Assembly: GCA_016699975.1 (NCBI GenBank)
Contig: CP064994.1
Span: forward strand, 496,731-552,166
Direction: 5' to 3'
DNA: 55,436 bases
Source: Candidatus Moraniibacteriota bacterium
GTDB taxonomy: Bacteria > Patescibacteriota > Minisyncoccia > Moranbacterales > UBA1568
Shown here piece by piece: positions 1 through 7,027 of the stretch (position 1 is the first letter of the stretch; each line of letters opens with the position of its first letter). The translations under genes and the position numbers were made by a program. Below the pieces are notes generated by a model. It was not told the DNA's origin. It did not search any database and was given only the letters and a program-made list of their open reading frames with translations.

Positions 1-221
1 GGGAGATGTCGCACTCCACTTTCTCGAAACAGGTCAGGCCCTATGTCAAAAATATCGAGAAGTGCGAGCGAAAGAAAAAGCGCCCCCGTAATGCTGCAGA
101 CGATGAAGAGAGACCAGAAAGCGACATTCTTCGCGATCAGGAATCGCTTTGATGTCGGTGTAATATGACGATCCTTGATCGTTTTCACAATATCGGGAAG
201 CGGATGTCCGTTTTCATTCAT
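1..221 (-). CDS. Partial membrane protein, anti-sigma-factor-like (3' end runs off the window)
   Basis: ATG at 221-219. Translation is MNENGHPLPDIVKTIKDRHITPTSKRFLIAKNVAFWSLFIVCSITGALFLSLALL..., with one hydrophobic helix. It lies 72 nt downstream of the ECF sigma gene on the same strand. It is absent from the ORF track because the window edge truncates it. Confidence 0.45.
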   Translation of the reverse strand, partial: MNENGHPLPDIVKTIKDRHITPTSKRFLIAKNVAFWSLFIVCSITGALFLSLALLDIFDIGPDLFRESGVRHL

Positions 222-293
222 AGAATTTTGTGAGAGGAGCTTTATTTCGGAGGGAAACGCAATGTCATTAGGGAATGGCTCCTTCCATGATGG

Positions 294-891
294 TCAAAAA
301 ATTCCTTCGTTATGCGCTTTCTCGAGGAGTATTTTTCGGCCCCGATTAATGAGGGAGGCGACCGTCCCTTTTGGTTTTTCGACAATGTCCATAATTTCTT
401 CGTAGGATTTTTCTTCGAGGAATTTGAGAACGAGTACCTCGCGGTAGAGAATGGGAAGTGACTCAATAAGGCGCGTCATTTTCTCCAGGAGTTCGGCGGT
501 ATCAATTGTTTTTGGGAGATCACCGTTTTCGTAGAAGAAACGGTGGAGATCTTCGGAGTCGATCGTGACTGTGACGGGACGCGAGGACTTTTTTCGGATG
601 GAGTCGATCACGGTGTTGCGACAGATATGATAGATCCACGTCGAGAAAGCGAGATTGCCGTCGAAGTCGTTTAAATTTTTGTAGACCTTAAGAAATGTTT
701 CCTGAAGAATGTCTTCAATATCTTCGTTTGTGGCAAAAGAGATGCGCCGGACATACCTGAAACAGACGGTCCCAGTAGCGCCTTACGAGCGGAGTAAATT
801 CGTCTGGGTCCCGGAGAGATGCCAAAACGAGTTCGGCGTCCGAGGGCTCGTGCGCCACAGGAAACGAAAGCGATGGGTTTTCTTGATTCAT
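294..891 (-). pseudogene. ECF-type sigma-70 family factor, interrupted by a 1-nt frameshift near 759
   Basis: ORF 715..963 carries region 2 start (SDAELVLASLRDPDEFTPLVRRYWDRLF). The frame of ORF 294..611 is open back to 782 and reads RYVRRISFATNEDIEDILQETFLKVYKNLNDFDGNLAFSTWIYHICRNTVIDSIRKK, then region 4 (LPILYREVLVLKFLEEKSYEEIMDIVEKPKGTVASLINRGRKIL). The two frames join as ...DRLF/RYVRR... if one base around 759 is skipped. Confidence 0.75.
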
Positions 892-1116
892 GAGCCGAGG
901 AGAAGAATGCGTTTTTGTTATTCGCAGGGAAAGGTAATACGATGTTTCTTGAGGAGTTTGCACGTCGACACTCGGTCAGCGCGCGGTCTTTCAGTGAGGG
1001 AGTTGCCGCCGGAGTGATCGGGAAATACTCGAGAAATGGATATATACTGTATACAGAGAGTATAACTCGGACAAAAAAACGAAACCGGCTTTTTTATTTT
1101 TGATTTTCACCTGTCT

Positions 1117-1260
1117 ATGATTTCTCCCTTAAATGAAGATCGGGAATCGCAAGAAACGCTCTTTCACGCCTCTGTGGGAAAGTATGCTCTCTCGGAGACG
1201 CTCCGGTTCGAGCTTCGGCCTCTCGGGAGAACGCTTGAGCATCTCAAAAATACAGTCTAT
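1117..1260 (+). pseudogene. cas12a: 5' remnant of a type V-A effector gene (cas12a/cpf1 N-terminal ~45 codons only)
   Basis: Residues 16-45 of ORF 1117..1575 read FHASVGKYALSETLRFELRPLGRTLEHLKN. This matches the hallmark Cas12a N-terminal strand ([23 protein letters not shown]). Similarity stops after ~1255, and the ORF then runs into the start of the next gene. Confidence 0.55.
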
Positions 1261-1489
1261 CGGGACGGAAGAAAGAATTATGATCCCGAACTGAAAAAAA
1301 GAAAATCAAAATATTCCCCGGAACATATTCCGGGGAAATTCATTTCCGTTTCCATGCAAGAGAAGACGAGACAACAAGAGCTCCTACCAATACCTCGAAG
1401 GAAAAGAAGAACAAGAGTTTTTGAAATAAGTTTCCTTGGCATGTTCTTAGTAAGAACGTACCCGTATATCATGCTCACAATTCACACGT

Positions 1490-2158
1490 ATGTCCACACA
1501 CCGAAAAGTGCTCATCCTCTCCCTTTCTCTTCTCCTTGCCACCCTCCTTATGGGCATATGGTTTTTGTTGCCTGAATGGAAACTCTCTCCAGAAAGATTA
1601 GACCCCATGACCATCAAAGAGGCTCCACTCCCGAGGAGGGAAAAGGGAGGTCCTGCCACAAACATCGAAACTTCGAACTGGAAGACCTATCGGAATGAAT
1701 CGTTAAAATTGAGTTTTAAATATCCGAATACGTTTCGATTGGATGAGGTTGCTCGGGAGGATGGACACGTTGTGTCGGTTATGGAATATGATGAAAACAA
1801 GAGGGACTTATATAATAAGCCGATTCCCGGTTACTCTTCTCCTGTTACAATTTCTTATTGGAGAGATCTTAATGATCCCCATTTAGGAGGAGGAGACTGG
1901 GCGGGCAAAAAGCAGTATTCAAATTTTGAAGAGCTTATTGGGGATACTGAACATACCTATATAAAAGTAAAAGGGGAAATGTTTTTTGATAGAACAAAAG
2001 CATATGTTGTTTCATTGCCAGGTTATGATTTCGAGAATGAGGCAATCATGTTTGAATATGCCGGCGGATACTATCAAATAAGTTTTCCCTGGACAAACAA
2101 ACGACTCGATGAAACCCGAAAAAAGGAATTTCTTTCTTCGATAAAACTTCTGGAATAA
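1490..2158 (+). CDS. N-terminally anchored secreted protein, distant member of the local paralog family (P1)
   Basis: 222-aa ORF with TM helix LILSLSLLLATLLMGIWFLL. Carries the family motif NIETSNWKTYRNESLKLSFKYP and the family-typical C-terminus ...FLSSIKLLE. Confidence 0.75.
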   Translation: MSTHRKVLILSLSLLLATLLMGIWFLLPEWKLSPERLDPMTIKEAPLPRREKGGPATNIETSNWKTYRNESLKLSFKYPNTFRLDEVAREDGHVVSVMEYDENKRDLYNKPIPGYSSPVTISYWRDLNDPHLGGGDWAGKKQYSNFEELIGDTEHTYIKVKGEMFFDRTKAYVVSLPGYDFENEAIMFEYAGGYYQISFPWTNKRLDETRKKEFLSSIKLLE

Positions 2159-2236
2159 TATTTTGCAGAATGATATTTTTCATTTCTGCGTTAGCGTCGT
2201 TCATTAATAATTCAAATTGGCTGAAAGGAGCGGAAA

Positions 2237-2392
2237 GTGAAAGTCTTCGCTATATGCAATGTAATCATTCTCTATCTATTTGTGCATGCGGGTTATGCGC
2301 TAGACCAAACATCGACAGGGTTCTATTACCCGATCGGAACAGCGAATTCCGACTCTGCATGTGGTCCGTGTCTGGGAAGAGACAACGAATGA
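2237..2392 (+). pseudogene. Truncated copy of the M23 peptidase gene 5' end (scar A)
   Basis: SD-like AAAGGAG plus GTG. Translation VKVFAICNVIILYLFVHAGYALDQTSTGFYYPIGTANSDSACGPCLGRDNE* parallels MKAFVRFVLVILCLFANASYALDRTGTGFYYPIGTTSFDSKCGTWLGRD of the full gene at 7028. The 5' UTR (2160-2236) is also homologous to 6950-7027. Confidence 0.8.
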
Positions 2393-2448
2393 GAATAGGT
2401 AAAGCGCCAAACTCCTTATTTTATTGCAAAAATTGCAAAAACAAACAA

Positions 2449-2486
2449 TTGACAAAATTCTAGCTTTCTATTTCAATGCTCTTATG
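2449..2486 (+). promoter_or_regulatory. Predicted promoter with leaderless start: TTGACA-17-TTCAAT-6-ATG
   Basis: -35 TTGACA at 2449-2454, 17-nt spacer, -10 TTCAAT at 2472-2477, ATG at 2484. No SD. Part of the conserved module starting at 2389. Confidence 0.6.
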
Positions 2487-3125
2487 TCGAAAAAGATGTT
2501 TACGCTCTCCCTGTCTTTTGTCTTTAGCCTTCTTCTCTTTGGGAGCTGGTTTTTGTTTCGTGAACCACAAAAATCTCCGGAGAGTCAAAACACGCAAAAA
2601 ATAGTAGAGAAAAATTCGCCACAGAATGTGAAAGAGAAAAGCTCAACTGTAAACATCGACACTTCGAACTGGAAGACCTATCGGAATGAAGAATATGGGT
2701 ATTCTCTCAAATTTCCGGCTACAATGAAGCAAACGGATGAGCAGTCATTTGTTGATTATTCTGGGGGCGGTTTTTCCTTCTACTTGATTCCCTATGAACG
2801 TCTTAAAGAAAAAGAACTTATTTCAATTTCAAGAAATGATCTATTGGATTTTAGTTTAGTTCCGTTTATAGAGTCTGGAAATATTGAAACTGTTTTTCAC
2901 GAAAGACGGGGTGATAAATTGAGCATGCTTCTTGTGGAGTATGATTTCAAAAAAGAGCCGCAGAAACATGACATGGAAGCATGGAATGAGGGGAGTATTC
3001 TTGAGGAAGCTTTTTTTCAATGTGGTCCAGATATTTGTGCCATAAGAACTTATTCCGATCAGTTGTCTTCTGAAAAACGAGTTTTGTTTTCTACTCTCCT
3101 TTCCACATTACATTCTATAAAATAG
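2484..3125 (+). CDS. N-terminally anchored secreted protein, cassette paralog P2
   Basis: The in-frame ATG at 2484 gives MSKKMFTLSLSFVFSLLLFGSWFLF (TM helix). Motif NIDTSNWKTYRNEEYGYSLKFP. The track ORF 2424..3125 has an N-terminal read-through extension. Confidence 0.8.
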   Translation: MSKKMFTLSLSFVFSLLLFGSWFLFREPQKSPESQNTQKIVEKNSPQNVKEKSSTVNIDTSNWKTYRNEEYGYSLKFPATMKQTDEQSFVDYSGGGFSFYLIPYERLKEKELISISRNDLLDFSLVPFIESGNIETVFHERRGDKLSMLLVEYDFKKEPQKHDMEAWNEGSILEEAFFQCGPDICAIRTYSDQLSSEKRVLFSTLLSTLHSIK

Positions 3126-3240
3126 TGCCTCACAACAATTCCTGTATCAGTTAGTGAAGCGGGAATCTTGTAGGGCGGTATTTTCTCCTACGCAAAGCAG
3201 ACAAAGAGTTCATTTACAACTCTTTTACAAAGGAGAGAGA

Positions 3241-3397
3241 AATGCGAGTGAGCATACGGTTTCTTTTATGGATGGCCCTCTTTGATTGCAAGTGTTTCAT
3301 ATGCTCTCGATAAGACAGGAACTGGTTTCTTCTATCCAACTGGGACAGCTATTTCGATCAAAAGTGTGGGACCTGGCTTGGAAGAGACAACGAATGA
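3241..3397 (+). pseudogene. Truncated, frameshifted copy of the M23 peptidase gene 5' end (scar B)
   Basis: One frame reads ASVSYALDKTGTGFFYPTGTA and another reads FDQKCGTWLGRDNE*. The breakpoint (LGRD/NE*) is the same as in scar A, and the conserved module follows directly (3394). Confidence 0.75.
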
Positions 3398-3439
3398 GAA
3401 CAGGTAAAGCACCAAACTGCTTATTGGAAAAACAAACGA

Positions 3440-3477
3440 CTGACAAAACTCTAGCTTTCTATTTCAATGCTTTTATG
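3440..3477 (+). promoter_or_regulatory. Predicted promoter with leaderless start: CTGACA-17-TTCAAT-6-ATG
   Basis: Same module as at 2449, with a -35 variant CTGACA (3440-3445), -10 at 3463-3468 and ATG at 3475. Confidence 0.5.
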
Positions 3478-4118
3478 CCGAAAAACACCATTATTTCTAT
3501 CGCCTTTATTTCTGCAATCATCTTTTTTATTGGAGCGTATCTTGCCCTTTTTTCTCAGAAAGAAAACAATTTGATTGTTGAACAACATTCAATAAAACAA
3601 AATGTTCCCTCCAAGATTAACGATACTCGAGAGGAAGAGAAGAAAGATATACGGGATCTTCTCGATGGGAACTATATTCTTTCTTCAGTTGACATGGAAA
3701 ATTGGCAGGTATATCAGAACAAGGAAGCGGGATTTGAAGTAAAAATACCAAAAGATTGGTTCTGCGGAAGAATAGCTCTTGAACTTGATACAAAGAGAGG
3801 AGTCGCTTGTTTCCCCAAAGAGGATCTTGATGCTTATTACGCGGGAACCTTGCGTGAGGACAACATAGTGATGATAAATCTTCCGGATTTGGAAAAAATT
3901 TATCAGAGTACTTTTAAAGAAAGGCTGCTTTCTCAAAAAAAGCTGGTTCAAAGATTTATAGTCTTAGTATAGATAAAAATGATGCTGTATTCGTGGTTGA
4001 TTCAAATAATGTGAATACAGTCATTGATCAATTAGGTGCTTGGAATTTGGTCTTTTACCCTTCTGTAAAGAAGTCTATTATCGATGGATTTCTTCAAAGC
4101 TTCAAAATGACTTCTTGA
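3475..4118 (+). CDS. N-terminally anchored secreted protein, cassette paralog P3 (apparent -1 frameshift in an A7 run at 3935-3941)
   Basis: MPKNTIISIAFISAIIFFIGAYLALF (TM) and motif VDMENWQVYQNKEAGFEVKIP. The frame ends at 3972, but the adjacent frame continues AGSKIYSLSIDKNDAVFVV...SIIDGFLQSFKMTS* (stop 4116-4118), which has the family-typical C-terminus. An A8 run would restore a single ORF. Confidence 0.7.
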
Positions 4119-4214
4119 TCTTCTACATAGAGAGAAAATTTCTCTGTATGTAAGGGGTCTGGAATTTTTTATGGCCTGTTTTTTTGTACCTTGAAAATTC
4201 GGAGGAAAGAAAAT

Positions 4215-4433
4215 ATGTTTGTTCGATTCTGGATGATACTCATGTCGAATATTTCTTGGTCAAGTTATATAATACTTTCACCAACCCCCTCGCTGTCATC
4301 CTCAGCAGTTCCTACTTCAACTGTTTTTCGCCTGTATTCCCCTACACTCAAGCCTCATCAACCCGAAAGGCGTGCTGGGATACAGAGCTCTAAGACTCTT
4401 TGTATTGGTTTTTTCTCCTATTCTCATTCATAA
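4215..4433 (+). pseudogene. Heavily degraded M23-gene remnant (scar C)
   Basis: MFVRFWMILM... resembles MKAFVRFVLVIL. In another frame, ...RKACWDTEL echoes NRKVCWDTKNS from the CHAP/M23 shared module. It occupies the same position as scars A and B, in front of the third conserved module. Confidence 0.5.
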
Positions 4434-4444
4434 ATGAGAATAGG
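4417..4444. repeat. Perfect 12-bp inverted repeat (CCTATTCTCATT-CATA-AATGAGAATAGG) at the left edge of the third conserved module
   Basis: Read directly from the sequence. The right arm is the first 12 nt of the conserved module. Confidence 0.9.
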
Positions 4445-4484
4445 TAAAGTATCAAACTGCTTATTTTATTGCAGAAACAAACGA

Positions 4485-4522
4485 TTGACAAAACTCTATC
4501 TTTCTATTTCAATGCTTTTATG
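4485..4522 (+). promoter_or_regulatory. Predicted promoter with leaderless start: TTGACA-17-TTCAAT-6-ATG
   Basis: -35 at 4485-4490, -10 at 4508-4513, ATG at 4520. Confidence 0.6.
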
Positions 4523-5269
4523 TCGAAAAAAATGCTCATTTTTGCAGCGCTTCTCTTTTCTCTCGCTCTTCTTGGCGGAGTTTTGTTGTTCCGATCTGGA
4601 ATTCTTCAGGAGCAAGCAAAAACAGTTCAATCTGTACCAGAAGAGAGTGGAAACAAAGGAAAGAAAGAAAAGCCAGACGCAGAAGAAAAAACAAGACAGT
4701 TTGTCACTGATGTTGATCCGAATGTGAGTCACTGGCAGACAAAAGAGACAAAAACTTTTACGATTAAGTTCCCGAAAGAATGGCACTGGATAGAATTTCT
4801 TGGATACGATGACCAAGGTAGCGGTGGTTCCCATGTTATATCAAATAATCCAAATTTTCCCCTAAAAGAATATTCAGATTTAAGCATATTTCCTAATCGA
4901 AGTTATAAGCTTGTTTTGAAAAATAACACAGAGATTGTGATCGATTTTAATATTTATGATTATGGACCAAACACTTCCAATTTTGGGAATCCTCTGGATC
5001 CCGTTAGTGACTCAAATAAATTTTTTTATCTAGTTCCAAGAATTAATTCAACTGCTGAGTGTGAATCCTTACTAGTACAAGAGGGCAATAGTACTAACAT
5101 GACATCTGTCTATTGTTCTATTGATCAAGAAAACCACCAAAGGGATATTGTATACTATAGGGCTAGTAAGATGTTTTCTCTTATGCTTACGCTGAAATCA
5201 ACGGATCAACTATCTATTGACTCTGCCATCTTAAAGGACATTGCGGAGAGTTTTGTGCTCAAGTACTAA
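4520..5269 (+). CDS. N-terminally anchored secreted protein, cassette paralog P4
   Basis: MSKKMLIFAALLFSLALLGGVLLF (TM), a Lys/Glu-rich linker, and motif SHWQTKETKTFTIKFPKEW. The track ORF 4469..5269 has a read-through extension. Confidence 0.8.
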   Translation: MSKKMLIFAALLFSLALLGGVLLFRSGILQEQAKTVQSVPEESGNKGKKEKPDAEEKTRQFVTDVDPNVSHWQTKETKTFTIKFPKEWHWIEFLGYDDQGSGGSHVISNNPNFPLKEYSDLSIFPNRSYKLVLKNNTEIVIDFNIYDYGPNTSNFGNPLDPVSDSNKFFYLVPRINSTAECESLLVQEGNSTNMTSVYCSIDQENHQRDIVYYRASKMFSLMLTLKSTDQLSIDSAILKDIAESFVLKY

Positions 5270-5383
5270 GCATTCATTGACCTCTTCTCGATTGTACAAC
5301 TATAGATCCTTGTGCGATCTATGAAGCGGTTAAACCGTTTCTCAAAGGATATTTGTTCTTTGACAACTTGCGAGGTAAATGTG

Positions 5384-6025
5384 ATGAGAAAGACAATCTT
5401 TGTTTTTCTATTCTTGTTGCTTTTTGAGGCAGGTGCTTATGCTGGTGATCTGACTTGTTATGGATATACGTCCACAACGGATCATTTTTCCTGCAATATT
5501 TCGCCTGCAAATTCTGGAAACTGCGTGTGGTGGGCGGTGTACAAGCGTCCGGACATTGCGGAAAAGATTTCCGGAAGCGGATGGGATGGAGGTCAGTGGT
5601 ATGACAAATTGAGAGATATTGGATTTTTCGTTGGCTCCGTTCCAAAAGTCGGGGCTATCGTGGAGTTTTCAAAGCCGGGGCATGAAGCCTATGTGGAAAG
5701 CGTTCTCGATGATGGAGCATTTACTGTTTCGGAAATGGATGCAACGGGAAGTTTTGGAAGTGGTGGAGTATATAATGCCACCTACTCTCCAAATTCCGAT
5801 GGAACCTACCATCGGAATTCCGGATCGCAAAAATGGACCCTCAATGGCTTCATCTATTCCTTCAACTCCGGTCCCTCAATCCGCCTCTGTGCCCAAATCT
5901 CGGCAAATCGAAAGGTATGCTGGGACACGAAGAACTCGGTGGACAAGAGGTGCGAATCCGGTTCCGACTGCATCATCTACGATAATGCGACCAAGTGGCA
6001 GTTTCGAATACTATTATTTATCTAG
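5384..6025 (+). CDS. Secreted CHAP-domain cell-wall hydrolase (amidase/peptidase)
   Basis: Signal peptide MRKTIFVFLFLLLFEAGAYA. CHAP Cys motif GNCVWWAVYKRP and His motif GHEAYVESV. The C-terminal Cys-rich module FNSGPSIRLCAQISANRKVCWDTKNSVDKRCESGSD is shared with the M23 protein. Confidence 0.85.
   Translation: MRKTIFVFLFLLLFEAGAYAGDLTCYGYTSTTDHFSCNISPANSGNCVWWAVYKRPDIAEKISGSGWDGGQWYDKLRDIGFFVGSVPKVGAIVEFSKPGHEAYVESVLDDGAFTVSEMDATGSFGSGGVYNATYSPNSDGTYHRNSGSQKWTLNGFIYSFNSGPSIRLCAQISANRKVCWDTKNSVDKRCESGSDCIIYDNATKWQFRILLFI
5861..5970 (+). repeat. 110-nt segment nearly identical to 7610-7719 (copy 1, inside the CHAP gene)
   Basis: Manual alignment shows 3 mismatches in 110 nt, all synonymous. 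Confidence 0.9.
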
Positions 6026-6109
6026 AGGTTATTTTTTTGACGTTTCATTCTGTTTTCAATTTGAAAACAGATAGAGTGTCAAACATGCTTCTTATAGAAA
6101 AAGGTACTC

Positions 6110-6147
6110 TTGACAGTTTTGATTTCATTTGATAAATTTTTCCTATG
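6110..6147 (+). promoter_or_regulatory. Predicted promoter with leaderless start: TTGACA-17-TAAATT-6-ATG
   Basis: -35 at 6110-6115, -10 at 6133-6138, ATG at 6145. The upstream GTGTCAAACATGCTTCTTAT is a diverged version of the conserved module. Confidence 0.6.
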
Positions 6148-6858
6148 AACAAAAAAGCTCTCATTTTCGCCACCTTTCTTATTCTCACCGGTCTTGGTGG
6201 GTGGTTTCTGCTTCACAAGCAGAGAAGTATTCAAAATGTGCCGAAACAATTGCCCGTAGCTTCGCAACAGCCGGTGCAGGTAGTGGAAAAGCCACAAGGA
6301 GTTCCGGCAACAGTTCCTGGTTCCACTCTTCAGCAGCCTGCTACCCAAAGCGAGATCGAGAGCATTAAGGATTTGATTGATGGGGAATATACCTTTACGC
6401 CGATCGATACGACTAACTGGCAAACCTACCGAAATGAGGAATTGGGGTTTGAGGTGAAGATACCGAAAAATTGGGAGATGCGCGAACTGTACAGGGAGGA
6501 AAACAAAAGTATTGATATATGGTTCAGCCAAAAAGGAAAATGGTATAAGTTTGAAGGAGGAAATGAGAATGCAATCATTATAGGTATTTCTTTTAAGACA
6601 AATCCATTTTTTCAATTTTCTGAACCTATATTGAAGTTGTGGAAAGCTAGCTATAATATTTCTATTAAGCGAGCTGTGATTAATGGCTCGCCACTATATT
6701 ATTACAATGGTTTTGGTGAGGGAATAATGACCACAGCTTCTTTTCCGAAAGATTATTCATTTGATTTGTCCTCGAGCCTTATATTGGATACATATCCAGA
6801 TGTGAGGCGGGTTCTTCGTGGGATGATCCAAACAGTGAAGTTTGATGGCATAAACTAG
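6145..6858 (+). CDS. N-terminally anchored secreted protein, paralog P5
   Basis: MNKKALIFATFLILTGLGGWFLL (TM) and motif IDTTNWQTYRNEELGFEVKIPKNW. Confidence 0.8.
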   Translation: MNKKALIFATFLILTGLGGWFLLHKQRSIQNVPKQLPVASQQPVQVVEKPQGVPATVPGSTLQQPATQSEIESIKDLIDGEYTFTPIDTTNWQTYRNEELGFEVKIPKNWEMRELYREENKSIDIWFSQKGKWYKFEGGNENAIIIGISFKTNPFFQFSEPILKLWKASYNISIKRAVINGSPLYYYNGFGEGIMTTASFPKDYSFDLSSSLILDTYPDVRRVLRGMIQTVKFDGIN

Positions 6859-7027
6859 AAATATATAGATTGATAGTTTGAATGTTTTTCAAATAGTTTC
6901 TTGCAATAATTTCTTCGCAATGTATTTAGTATTTACTACGAATACGAAGAAATCTTGCAGGATGGTATTTTCATCTCTGCGCTAAAGTAGTTCGTTAATA
7001 ACCAAACTCGACCGAAAGGAAAGAGAA

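Noticed and set aside
1117-1575. The 152-aa ORF as an intact gene.
   Set aside because: Only the first ~45 codons look like real protein (Cas12a N-terminus). The rest is Arg/Lys-rich junk that overlaps the start of the well-supported gene at 1490.
2170-2463. ORF 2170..2463, plus the N-terminal extensions of track ORFs 2424, 3286, 4469, 5312, 18061, 19860, 24511, 38527, 45967, 46460, 48362 and 51118.
   Set aside because: These are read-through from the nearest upstream alternative start codon. In each case an internal ATG begins a signal peptide, TM helix or conserved N-terminus, and is better positioned relative to a promoter or SD.
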